Source: a virus
DNA length: 20,390 nucleotides
Virus record (IMG/VR): IMGVR_UViG_3300003309_000010
Span: 1 to 20,390 of that record
Reading direction: 5' to 3' (one strand)
Below are positions 1-8,806 of the stretch, in pieces (positions within the stretch are counted from its first letter, which is position 1; the number at the start of each line of letters is the position of its first letter). Position numbers and translations under genes: made by a program. The notes under the pieces are model-generated. The model saw only the letters and a program-made list of their open reading frames with translations, ran no database searches and was not told where the DNA came from.

Positions 1-3000
1 TTCTCGCATCCCTGCTTTACTAGCAGCTGCCGTACCAGCGGTTGCGCTTCCGCCCGCCAGCCCACCCTTAAGAAGATTACTGGCAGCGCTACCTGCACTT
101 AAAGATTGCGCCAGTTTAACGCCGCCCATTAGTGAGTCAACGCCCATACCAAGAAATTTGGAAAGTCCTCCAGCTATACCACCCAGAATCGAAACGATCT
201 TACCTAAGTGTTGATTACTCTCGGATTTCTCGGTTTTAGTAGGTTTCTCCTCCTTGTCTTCACGCAATGCTTTGCGTTTTTCCGCCAACCGTTTCAGGCT
301 ATCGCGCCAACCGCCGTCCCTAAACCCGTCACCATCGACGTCGCCTTTGACCGTTTTCTTTGCTTTCTTCTTTTCTTGCTCTTCGAACCACGTGGTTAAC
401 GAATCCGTGGTTGAAGATAATAGCTCCTTGGTTTTATTTTCTCGATTTTTAATGAACGTCTTTATCGTTTCCGATAGCTTAGAGATTTCGCTCTTCTTAG
501 TGTCTGACGAACTGCTGTCGGTATCTTTACGAGAAAATACAGACGACATCTTGTTCCGTATAGATTCCTTAGCTTTGTCGACTTTAGCGCGTGTCCTATC
601 ACTAATGTGTTCCTCGTAAAATTGTTTAGCGCGTTCATTCAGAGAAGTGCGTTTTTCATCGACATATTCCGATATCGACGATGTGGCGTCTTTTCGATTG
701 AAAAGTTTCGCATCTTCTATTCTACTAACAATGTTGTCCCAAACCTTCTTAGTCGTTTTAGGACCACCTTCGTCCAGCTTATCTTGACCCTCAACGCGGT
801 TAAATATCCGTTTAACCATAGACGATACCGTTTCCGATAACTCGTCTTTACTGATTGTTGAGGTTTTAGTCGAATTCGTCTCGACCTCCGAACTGCTCTG
901 GTGTTTAGACTCCTCCCTGTTAACATCCACTTCGGTTTCCGCATTTGTGTATTTACGGTTCGAAATATTGATGTCTTGCGCGTGCTGACTTTTAGTCCTT
1001 TTCTGAACACTGGTCTCCTTGTCATTAAACACAGGATCGTTTGTCGAGTAAACGTACACGTTTTGCGTTTGAAAGATAGTGTCATCAGGCAACCTTAAAA
1101 AGGTCGCTTTGGCCACAGCACCATCCATTAACCCTTTCAGTAATTTGCTACCTTGCCCGACAACGGTCATGGGTAGTTTAAACAACTTACTCGCTAATCC
1201 GCCCGCTGCGGCGACACCTCTACCTGCGAGTGAACCTAATCCCTTCATTCGTAACTTGTCTCCTGAGACGTTACGTAACCCCTCCTTAATATCATCAGGC
1301 GATATCACTACCTTGGGTTGACCGTCTGCGGTTTCGTAAATAGAACCTTCCACTGACAGTAAATCTTTGAAGCTGCGAATTTGAACCTGTTTACCATCTT
1401 TTAGATAATAATAACGACCTTCCTTAATGTCCTTAGCCGTCATCGCCAACCGGCCATCTTTGGTGTATACATCCGTTACCTTATTGACACTCTCTTTGAT
1501 GGATTGGTACATATCCGTAATGAAATCACCGGCAGTGCTTATTGTGTCACCGCCAAACTGTTTCAACTTACGAGTGATTGTCAATGGTGCCCGGAACAGT
1601 TCACCTGATAATTCTTTCGCTTTCTTAAACACTCCTTGCTTGCGAGTGTACAAACCTTTACCGTAGTCTTCTTGGGAGATGACGACTTGGTCGGTTTCGG
1701 TATTGTATACAGGTCCGTTGATATCGTCGATGTTAGCTATGGCTTTGCCTACAACCTCTCCGTTGACATAGTTGTAGTATATTCCGCGATTAATATCTCT
1801 ACCCAGCAAACTGGGACTGACATCACCCTCGACGTAAATATCGGTTTGACCACGGGTGTAATCCGATAACTTTCGATTTGCAAATCGAAAGGCACTCTGT
1901 ACTCTATCTTGGGCTCCTCGACGGATACCCGATATCATCGATTTACCTTTAGATATCATTCTGGAGACACGTTTGCGCCCACCCCTTAACAACTGAATAG
2001 GCTTAGAAAACAAGGACTTAGCTTTAGATTTAATGCTATCAAATGCCCAGGCAGAATCGACTACATTTCCGGAGGCTACTGCTGCAACCAAACCACGAAT
2101 TTCTTCTAACAGTTCCGTGTTATTACCAATACCATCAGAGCTGGATTCCATCGCAGCGGTTAGGGTTGTTAGTTCTTCCAACACTGCGTCCATCTTATCC
2201 AGCATCGGACTTCCGCTTGGTTTGGCGCTAGTCTGATTAGTAACGGTAGACGAATCGTCGTGGTAGTACTCGTTGCTCTCGTTGTTCTCCACATAGCGCT
2301 GCTCAAGGTTGTCCACTAACGTACAGATTTTATCTGCCAAGTTAACTTTCACACCATTGACATTCAGTTCGTAATCCTTAGTAAGGAGATGGTTAATTGT
2401 GCTGTTATCTGAATAGTCAGGCGTTCCATCTTGATACACCGAATACGTGGTAAGGTTATCAATATTATCCCCACCGTAATGATTGGTACGATAAGACGCC
2501 ATTTCGGTTTGCAGGGTTGGGTTATGGTACTGCAAATTTTGAGTATTAGACGTTTTGATTTGTCTGAGCGCGTTTTGTACCCTCTGATTTGTAGTATTAC
2601 CTTCGGTATGGTAACGATCACCGTTAGAAGTGTAGTTGTCCTCGTCAGCATTGTGACTTGCGTTAAAAGTGTAGTTATTCCCATTTGTACGATAACGATC
2701 GCCGTTTACCCACAGTTGAGGATTTATATTACTGTTCGTTGTCCAGTTGGTTGAGACATCGCCGTACGTCTGAGTTTGAGAGTAGTCCGGTACAAACGAC
2801 GTATACCTGAGAGTATCCCCAGTAATATCACTCATACGGACATCAGATGTTTGCGCGCGCCGATTGTCGACAGTTGAATCCGAAAACTGGTAAGAGGTTG
2901 TTGGGTTCAAACTCGCGTTTGTGTTTTTCGCCGCGTTGTAGACAGACGATGAATTCGTGGATTTATCGAGATAACTGGGTTGAATATTTTGTACAGATCG

Positions 3001-5562
3001 AGATACTGCATTCACGAATTCATCTGAGAAGAGATTATTTACGTTTTGTTCAGAGTTCGGCGAAGATGTTGAGTAAGTGTACTGCGCATCGCCATCAAGT
3101 TCGGTAGTGTACAGTTTTTGACTTGTTGTGTTATTTACGGTCGGACTGTTCTCAGATACAATGTTTACGGAAGATACGTTGTTATCCGCGTAAACATTGT
3201 CAGAGTTGGACGTGACTTGATTCCTAACATTAGGGGGACCCATCGGGGTGAGCCTAGGCTCACCCAATACGGTGTGTCTATCTTTCAACGAGGTAGCAAC
3301 TCGGTCTTTTGCGAAATCAGAGAAACGAACGACATTGTTTTCCCTGACCATCACCTTAGAATCTGATTCGTTTGTAACAGAACTAACGCTGGTGTGTTTA
3401 TCTCGACCAGATATAGATTCGTTATTACGGATATCGACGTTCGTGTCATTATCCGTATAAACACGATTATCCATTGTGTTGTTGGTCGAGTTAACATTAG
3501 TGGGTGGAGTTCTACCTGTAGGTGGCTTAGGTGTATTTCCTCCGGTACCTGCGGATACGTCACGGTACTGATACAGGAGTTTATTCAGTTCCGTGTGTAT
3601 GATTTTACCGTCGGCGTCAAGCAAACCTGCGTTGCGGAGTAAGTCGAGATTACCCCCTCTGTCGATGGCGTTAAGTCGAGTTTGTAGTTCCTCTACTGCA
3701 CCGCTGGAGCCGACGGTTTTAAATCCTCTGGCTAACCTGACCCGATTACTCAACCCTTCATCGGATACGTCACGAACACCCAAAGTCTCTTCTTTACCGT
3801 CGTTAAGCATTTTATTCAACGCGTCAGTCAACTCCCGAATGACTTCACTATCTCCACTCTGGTAAGTGCCGTCTCGCAAGAGCGCATCGATATCGATATC
3901 AGGGTTATTTCTGGACTGTTCCACCAACGCATCTTTAAAGGCTTCTTTAGCTGCCTCGCTAAGCATAGGTTGATCATCGCCTGCATCCTCGAACAGTGTT
4001 TCTATCAACCCATCCACTTTCTCGTTGAGATCGTCGCGTTCATCGTTAGTTACTAAATTCCTAAGCATCGATTCCGTTGCTTCTTTATCAGTAACGAATC
4101 GTTGAGTATACAAATCGTATCGTTCTTGTGCGACATTCCCTTCGCCCCAATTCAACTCTTTAATAGCTTGGTGGATTTTCGCAAACCAGCCCGGTATAAT
4201 AGTGACTAACGTTTCGCGTTGCAGGTTGTCCCATTCCGCTTTATCCGTAATACGATCAATGAGGTTGTTGCGAACGTTTTCCCTATCCTGCCCTAAGGTA
4301 GGCGCTAAATCCTGCAAGAATTGCAAAGGACCGCTAAGCGCCCCGCCCTTCTCGATTTGATCATCGATGAACCGGCGTACAGACTCTACTCTGGTGGCGT
4401 TAAACAGCGAAAGTTCTTGACCTAAACGCCGAGCCTGCTCGTTCTCTTTGAGGAATTCCCCTAATTTGTTTTGCGCAAACCCAACTGCTTTTTCAGCGGC
4501 AAGTTTACCCCCGATTCCGCCGACTAGGTTACCCGCTTCGTCGCGTAGTGAGGTGCGCGGCGCATCGCCCATTAGCTCCTGCTGATCTTGTTGGATATCT
4601 GCGTACATTCCCGCAGCATCACCTACCTGAGCCATCGTATCGGCAATGTCTGTACCGATCTCTCTGGCACGCGTGACGATGTTCTCGCCCCATTGGGTGA
4701 AATAGTTCCTACCAAAATCAACAGCAGATTTCGCTGTCCTACCTTGCCACTCCTCAAGGAACAGCTGTTTGAACGTTTCGTTATTGCGTTGTTTTACTAA
4801 ATCAGGTAACCCTGTATTTTTAGTGATGTTACGTAATTCAGTAATTGCTAGTCCGAAACTCTCCGTGTTTACGCGCAAAATGCCGCTGAGTAAATGATTA
4901 CGTTTGTAATCTAACTCTAAGTTTTGACGCAGTACGTTGGCGAAGACGCTTTCGTTAAATGCAAGCTGTTTCCGATTAGTCAAATCCATCGACGCTAGTA
5001 GTTCATACTGAGCGTTATATCGTGACTCTTCAGTTTGTTCGGCTAACATATCCTGCGTCATCTGACGCGCTTGGAGCTTCGCCTGATTCTCTTGCCAGTT
5101 ACCGAACGCTTGCTCTAACCCACTCTTTATCTCCAGTGCGTTTTGATCGACGTCCGGTCTGTCTTTTCTTGCATCGGTGATCAGTGAAAACCGATCCGCC
5201 GCGGACTTCCCGAGATATTGTTCCACTACCGGAGTCAACCTGTTCAAGTTCCGTTTGAACATGGGAAGTTCTTTTCGAATGGGTTCTAACGCCGCCTGCT
5301 TCGCATTACGCATTGCAGTAAGTTGTTTTTCTCCGAATTCCGCTGTGGTACGATAACTGTGCGGCATCGCGGCCTTAACCGCATCCAACATCTGATCTTT
5401 GTCGGTTACTTTAGTGATCACAGTGTCTACCGCGACCTCCGCAGACGCCGCGACTGGATTGCGATCTTTTTCAGGCGCAGCGACCTCTAACGAAAGATCG
5501 TCAAAATCGTCGCCGAAGTCGCTATCAAAATCCAAATCTAAGTCTTCTGTATCGGACCTCAT
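1..5562 (-). CDS. phiKZ gp181-like large tail-associated virion protein (lytic/tape-measure-like), 3' end outside window
   Basis: The frame starts at ATG 5562 (GGAG SD 6 nt upstream; alternative in-frame ATG 5574). It had no stops in the stretches I translated, and no terminated ORF in this frame appears in the track, implying >=1854 codons. Acidic N-terminus MRSDTEDLDLDFDSDFGDDFDDLSLEVAAPEKDRNP, two TD(I/V)Y..G(I/R)YY..VVIS.(E/D)D...GL repeats, a GDVDGDGFRDGGWRD motif near 301-345 and a Gly/Ala-rich tract all match my recollection of gp181-family proteins. The catalytic lysozyme/SLT domain would lie beyond the window. Confidence 0.8.
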   Translation of the reverse strand, partial: MRSDTEDLDLDFDSDFGDDFDDLSLEVAAPEKDRNPVAASAEVAVDTVITKVTDKDQMLDAVKAAMPHSYRTTAEFGEKQLTAMRNAKQAALEPIRKELPMFKRNLNRLTPVVEQYLGKSAADRFSLITDARKDRPDVDQNALEIKSGLEQAFGNWQENQAKLQARQMTQDMLAEQTEESRYNAQYELLASMDLTNRKQLAFNESVFANVLRQNLELDYKRNHLLSGILRVNTESFGLAITELRNITKNTGLPDLVKQRNNETFKQLFLEEWQGRTAKSAVDFGRNYFTQWGENIVTRAREIGTDIADTMAQVGDAAGMYADIQQDQQELMGDAPRTSLRDEAGNLVGGIGGKLAAEKAVGFAQNKLGEFLKENEQARRLGQELSLFNATRVESVRRFIDDQIEKGGALSGPLQFLQDLAPTLGQDRENVRNNLIDRITDKAEWDNLQRETLVTIIPGWFAKIHQAIKELNWGEGNVAQERYDLYTQRFVTDKEATESMLRNLVTNDERDDLNEKVDGLIETLFEDAGDDQPMLSEAAKEAFKDALVEQSRNNPDIDIDALLRDGTYQSGDSEVIRELTDALNKMLNDGKEETLGVRDVSDEGLSNRVRLARGFKTVGSSGAVEELQTRLNAIDRGGNLDLLRNAGLLDADGKIIHTELNKLLYQYRDVSAGTGGNTPKPPTGRTPPTNVNSTNNTMDNRVYTDNDTNVDIRNNESISGRDKHTSVSSVTNESDSKVMVRENNVVRFSDFAKDRVATSLKDRHTVLGEPRLTPMGPPNVRNQVTSNSDNVYADNNVSSVNIVSENSPTVNNTTSQKLYTTELDGDAQYTYSTSSPNSEQNVNNLFSDEFVNAVSRSVQNIQPSYLDKSTNSSSVYNAAKNTNASLNPTTSYQFSDSTVDNRRAQTSDVRMSDITGDTLRYTSFVPDYSQTQTYGDVSTNWTTNSNINPQLWVNGDRYRTNGNNYTFNASHNADEDNYTSNGDRYHTEGNTTNQRVQNALRQIKTSNTQNLQYHNPTLQTEMASYRTNHYGGDNIDNLTTYSVYQDGTPDYSDNSTINHLLTKDYELNVNGVKVNLADKICTLVDNLEQRYVENNESNEYYHDDSSTVTNQTSAKPSGSPMLDKMDAVLEELTTLTAAMESSSDGIGNNTELLEEIRGLVAAVASGNVVDSAWAFDSIKSKAKSLFSKPIQLLRGGRKRVSRMISKGKSMISGIRRGAQDRVQSAFRFANRKLSDYTRGQTDIYVEGDVSPSLLGRDINRGIYYNYVNGEVVGKAIANIDDINGPVYNTETDQVVISQEDYGKGLYTRKQGVFKKAKELSGELFRAPLTITRKLKQFGGDTISTAGDFITDMYQSIKESVNKVTDVYTKDGRLAMTAKDIKEGRYYYLKDGKQVQIRSFKDLLSVEGSIYETADGQPKVVISPDDIKEGLRNVSGDKLRMKGLGSLAGRGVAAAGGLASKLFKLPMTVVGQGSKLLKGLMDGAVAKATFLRLPDDTIFQTQNVYVYSTNDPVFNDKETSVQKRTKSQHAQDINISNRKYTNAETEVDVNREESKHQSSSEVETNSTKTSTISKDELSETVSSMVKRIFNRVEGQDKLDEGGPKTTKKVWDNIVSRIEDAKLFNRKDATSSISEYVDEKRTSLNERAKQFYEEHISDRTRAKVDKAKESIRNKMSSVFSRKDTDSSSSDTKKSEISKLSETIKTFIKNRENKTKELLSSTTDSLTTWFEEQEKKKAKKTVKGDVDGDGFRDGGWRDSLKRLAEKRKALREDKEEKPTKTEKSESNQHLGKIVSILGGIAGGLSKFLGMGVDSLMGGVKLAQSLSAGSAASNLLKGGLAGGSATAGTAAASKAGMRE
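1270..1845 (-). repeat. Two ~68-aa internal protein repeats in the gp181-like protein
   Basis: Copy 1 (1845-1645): TDIYVEGDVSPSLLGRDINRGIYYNYVNG...IANIDDINGPVYNTETDQVVISQEDYGKGLYT. Copy 2 (1476-1270): TDVYTKDGRLAMTAKDIKEGRYYYLKDG...IRSFKDLLSVEGSIYETADGQPKVVISPDDIKEGLRN. Confidence 0.8.
2225..3545 (-). other. ~440-aa Asn/Ser/Thr/Asp-rich low-complexity segment inside the gp181-like protein
   Basis: Translation includes GNTPKPPTGRTPPTNVNSTNNTMDNRVYTDNDTNVDIRNN, NVSSVNIVSENSPTVNNTTS, DVSTNWTTNSNINPQ and DNYTSNGDRYHTEGNTTNQR. Confidence 0.75.
3246..3265. repeat. 20-bp perfect palindrome GGGTGAGCCTAGGCTCACCC within the CDS
   Basis: Read directly from the sequence; arms are exact reverse complements with no spacer. 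Confidence 0.9.
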
Positions 5563-5585
5563 GTCTAGCTCCATGTGTAAATAAT

Positions 5586-5589
5586 CATA
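5586..5589 (-). promoter_or_regulatory. Candidate phiKZ-type late promoter (TATG)
   Basis: The minus strand reads cTATGattatttacacatGGAGctagacATG, placing TATG ~24 nt upstream of the virion gene start. phiKZ late promoters have a TATG consensus at the start site. The motif is only 4 nt long. Confidence 0.4.
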
Positions 5590-5624
5590 GCCTTTGCGGG
5601 TATCGTTGATACAACCAGGCAACG

Positions 5625-5650
5625 ATTTATAAGGATATATTATATCGGTG
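5625..5650 (+). promoter_or_regulatory. Candidate phiKZ-type early (virion RNAP) promoter
   Basis: ATTTATAAGGATATATTATATCGGTG has TATATTAT (5636-5643), a 7/8 match to the phiKZ early motif TATATTAC, with an upstream TTTA tract. It is intergenic and ~50 nt before the first cassette gene. Confidence 0.6.
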
Positions 5651-5691
5651 TAAATGCACTTTAATCGCAACCCTTAATAAGGAGAGAACGC

Positions 5692-6648
5692 ATGACAGAC
5701 GGTACAAAAATGTACAATTTCTCAACGCTCCAAAACGACGACGTTACCATTTGCATTGATGGTCTACGTGTCCGTGCGGTTTTGGTAGTCGGGTTAACTT
5801 ACGCCAGATTCTGGGTAAACACTGATGGAATACAGGATTATTTTAATCGGGATTTCAATGGTTTGTGTGGGGATTGGTGTAGTACCGCGAGTGCCAGACC
5901 CACCCACAGTCTCTTACTAACTCATGGGTACGATGGGTTATTCAATAGTGAGGTGGTGGTTAACACTTTAGAGTGTGAACGATTCGAAGGTTCAGTAACC
6001 CTTCCTCGAATTCTATCTCAAGCGGGTATTGTGATGTCCCGCGTAGATAAAGGGTATCAACTGACGTATCCAACGTTGGCCTACGAACAGCGATTATTTG
6101 ATCCGCAAATTTTCGCGTTAGACGACGCCGATTTGTCTCTGAATCTGACCAAAACGTTAAAGGATCTACTGCACTGTCATACATTGACAGGTGCGAATCT
6201 GAACGACTACATTCTGTGCGTATTGGCTAAATTTCGTCACGATTTGTATCAAGGTTCTCGATGCGCTGGTTGGGCAGTGGCAGTTGAAAGCTTAAGGCAC
6301 AACAAAGAGATATTTGACTCTATTAGAATGTACGGTATTAAAACGCAAAAAGACGAGAGTACGTTGGTGTTAGCGAAATCCTCCAACGAACATGGTACCG
6401 TAAAAGTCTATCTCGGATTTCATGAGGATACAGGACCCACTATGGTTGTGGAGTCTATGTCGTCAGAATCTCCAGAAATCATCTATTGCAGTTTAGATGA
6501 AATCTGGAATTCCAACTTGACCGTATTATCTTCAGATATGATCGCGGACAAAGCCGCGACATTGGGCATTGAGCTATCGGCTGAAGAAATGGAACAAATT
6601 AATACTAACAGGACCACAAAAGATGAGTTACAAACAAAAAGTAAATAA
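5692..6648 (+). CDS. Hypothetical protein, paralogue family A domain plus C-terminal extension (318 aa)
   Basis: AAGGAG SD. Motifs VTICIDGLRVRAVLV...RFWVN (W41) and TLPRILSQAGIVM. Confidence 0.85.
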   Translation: MTDGTKMYNFSTLQNDDVTICIDGLRVRAVLVVGLTYARFWVNTDGIQDYFNRDFNGLCGDWCSTASARPTHSLLLTHGYDGLFNSEVVVNTLECERFEGSVTLPRILSQAGIVMSRVDKGYQLTYPTLAYEQRLFDPQIFALDDADLSLNLTKTLKDLLHCHTLTGANLNDYILCVLAKFRHDLYQGSRCAGWAVAVESLRHNKEIFDSIRMYGIKTQKDESTLVLAKSSNEHGTVKVYLGFHEDTGPTMVVESMSSESPEIIYCSLDEIWNSNLTVLSSDMIADKAATLGIELSAEEMEQINTNRTTKDELQTKSK

Positions 6649-7708
6649 CACCTACGTAGATAAAACCACCCTACCCAATCAAATTGATGTAGACACTGTC
6701 GTCGAACTGACGATAAAGGACTGTCATCTGGATTTTGCCGAAGGGTTACCTGAAATGCCGCGCCTTAAAAAGATACGTTTCGAGTACTGTCGCGGTGAAG
6801 ACATTATACTATTCACTACCCAACAAAACTTGAGCGAAGTAAGCTTCTTTCGTTGTGACGCGACAACCATCGATTTCGAAACGTATCGGGTGGACTTGGA
6901 GCGGGTCATGGTGAAAGATTGTCGGTATCTGGAGAAACTCGTCGGTGTCGATGAATTGCGTTTACAACATTTTACAGCGATAAAATGTCCGTTTCTAAAA
7001 ATACCGTTTTTAGAACCAGCGAATAAATTGCTCTCCTTTGGATGGCGCGATATGAGATTGGGCGCTCTCCCTCTCAACCTCATCCCAAAAGTAAAATGGT
7101 TAGATGTATCGAGAACCCATCTGAACGAAGATCCTAATCTGACCAAACTGACAAATTTGTCTTCTGTTAAGTTGGAAGACACTACCCGAGATTCACGCAA
7201 ACCCTTAAGAATACCAAGGAGTGTTCATACCGTGGTAGTGCGTGACCCCACCATAGTGTCACCTGTCGATACCGTTAAAACGCGTATAGTCGTCACTCCT
7301 AGTGGTAAGGGTAGACCTGAATCACGGAAATTTATGTCAAAGACGGTGTTAGCTACCACAGATCGTCTTTCGGCTCGGGAAAAACAGACTGCCTCCGAAG
7401 AAGATGAAAGTGAGATTGTCGAGCCGTCCCAACCTATATTTTCTCCTGAACTGGAAAGTTCGGAAAAGCACAAGGTGTATCTGGACAAAGTAAGGCGTCA
7501 AGCGTGGAACGAATTTGATGAAAGTGAATTTAAACACTTCCTTATTAAAGTGCCTACCCACGCCTTAGTGAAGCTAGACATTTGTAGCCAGTACAATGTG
7601 GCCAAGAAGGTACACAGAGTCGCTGCATCGGTTTATAGAGATCACCCTAACTGGGTACTGTTTAAACCGACGCATATTGTAACCAACGAAATTATTGATG
7701 AAGGATAA
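6623..7708 (+). CDS. Leucine-rich repeat protein (Cys-containing LRR) with C-terminal extra region, 361 aa
   Basis: Start re-placed at ATG 6623 (AGGA SD). LxxIxxxxC-type repeats: VVELTIKDC, LKKIRFEYC, LSEVSFFRC, LERVMVKDC, LQHFTAIKC, VKWLDVSRT, LSSVKLEDT. An acidic linker precedes a ~70-aa C-terminal region. Confidence 0.8.
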   Translation: MSYKQKVNNTYVDKTTLPNQIDVDTVVELTIKDCHLDFAEGLPEMPRLKKIRFEYCRGEDIILFTTQQNLSEVSFFRCDATTIDFETYRVDLERVMVKDCRYLEKLVGVDELRLQHFTAIKCPFLKIPFLEPANKLLSFGWRDMRLGALPLNLIPKVKWLDVSRTHLNEDPNLTKLTNLSSVKLEDTTRDSRKPLRIPRSVHTVVVRDPTIVSPVDTVKTRIVVTPSGKGRPESRKFMSKTVLATTDRLSAREKQTASEEDESEIVEPSQPIFSPELESSEKHKVYLDKVRRQAWNEFDESEFKHFLIKVPTHALVKLDICSQYNVAKKVHRVAASVYRDHPNWVLFKPTHIVTNEIIDEG

Positions 7709-7713
7709 CCGCC

Positions 7714-8328
7714 ATGTTACTCAACAGCTATTACCCCATCTTCTTACACACAAAGTTCTCTGACAAGGACATCGAACGTTTAATTAAACTATTTAGCGAG
7801 TTGGTTGATTCCGTCTTTTCAGCTAAGAACAGGCCTTTGGTCAGCATACTTGGGAAGTTACATATCGACCTTATCCCGGCCGAACTGGCAAGAGTGGACA
7901 AATTGCTCTCCAAAAAAGAACGTGCTGCTTTAGAGAAAATCTTTCCTTTAAAGACAGAACACGATGTGGCGGTTTTAAAAACCATTTTGGGACTGTTTCC
8001 GGTGTTGATGGCGTTCGCCAATTCCCATATGACCATCGAAGAATTCGTTCACTTCGAAGTGTCAAAACCTCAATTCAGCTGGAATGAGTTGGAGTCAAGT
8101 GATGGTGAGTTTACCGCAGACACGTTGCTAAACAACGCTAAGCCGGACGTATATTACGTCAATTTTGCTATCAGGGTGACGAAGCTTGAAGACGAAATGG
8201 TGAAAGGTAAAAGTCGTAAACCAAAGAAATCTAACCATTGGAATGAACCCGGTTTGGATGCGGAAGCTGAAGCGATGGTGAGAGACCGTCTCAAAGCAGA
8301 ACAGGGCGATGAACCGCCTTGGGACTAA
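7714..8328 (+). CDS. Hypothetical protein (204 aa), possible paralogue of 13207..13659
   Basis: AAGGA SD. N-terminus MLLNSYYP...FSDKDIERLI; basic linker, then an acidic tail ending DEPPWD. Confidence 0.85.
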   Translation: MLLNSYYPIFLHTKFSDKDIERLIKLFSELVDSVFSAKNRPLVSILGKLHIDLIPAELARVDKLLSKKERAALEKIFPLKTEHDVAVLKTILGLFPVLMAFANSHMTIEEFVHFEVSKPQFSWNELESSDGEFTADTLLNNAKPDVYYVNFAIRVTKLEDEMVKGKSRKPKKSNHWNEPGLDAEAEAMVRDRLKAEQGDEPPWD

Positions 8329-8343
8329 TAGGGAGGCATCAAC

Positions 8344-8787
8344 ATGTGTGACTTTGATGGGGATGAGTTTGACGGCGGAGGTTTCGACCAGTACGAACTT
8401 AATCCTGAACTCAACGCGCCTCTAGGTAGAACCGTGAGGTATAAATTGGCCGGGAACGCGCTTCATCTGGATTTAAGCTCCCCTAAAAGCATGACCGTTA
8501 TAGCATCCGATCTTGTTGTGGCGACGGTTTTATCCGATCCCGACGTATACAATGTAGATAAAGCAACATGCTGTAATGTGGGGATCTTAGAGACGAATCA
8601 GTATTCCTATTTCGTATATGCTTATCGAGTGTCAGGAAGATCCAAAATCAAGATCGACGTAAGGATAGAAGTTAACGACGGATTCATTCTGTCTGGGGAG
8701 TCCGCATTTGAGAGTGTGGATTCAGAGTACATAAAACGCGCACTTGAACCCTATTTGGGGAGTTCAATGTCAATCGAAAATGATTGA
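8344..8787 (+). CDS. Hypothetical protein (147 aa) with acidic N-terminus
   Basis: GGGAGG SD; tight packing with neighbouring genes. Confidence 0.8.
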   Translation: MCDFDGDEFDGGGFDQYELNPELNAPLGRTVRYKLAGNALHLDLSSPKSMTVIASDLVVATVLSDPDVYNVDKATCCNVGILETNQYSYFVYAYRVSGRSKIKIDVRIEVNDGFILSGESAFESVDSEYIKRALEPYLGSSMSIEND

Positions 8788-8806
8788 ATCAATGGAGTAA
8801 AAAAGA

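Noticed and set aside
208-5584. Many short ORFs in the track between 208 and 5584
   Set aside because: They are antisense or alternative-frame shadows of the single long minus-strand gene; I saw no recognisable protein motifs in them.
8344-8370. MCDFDGDEF resembles the RNAP catalytic motif NADFDGD, in the interval where a gp180-like gene might be expected
   Set aside because: It is at the extreme N-terminus of a 147-aa protein, inside an acidic low-complexity run (DFDGDEFDGGGFD), with no double-psi beta-barrel context. Most likely coincidence.
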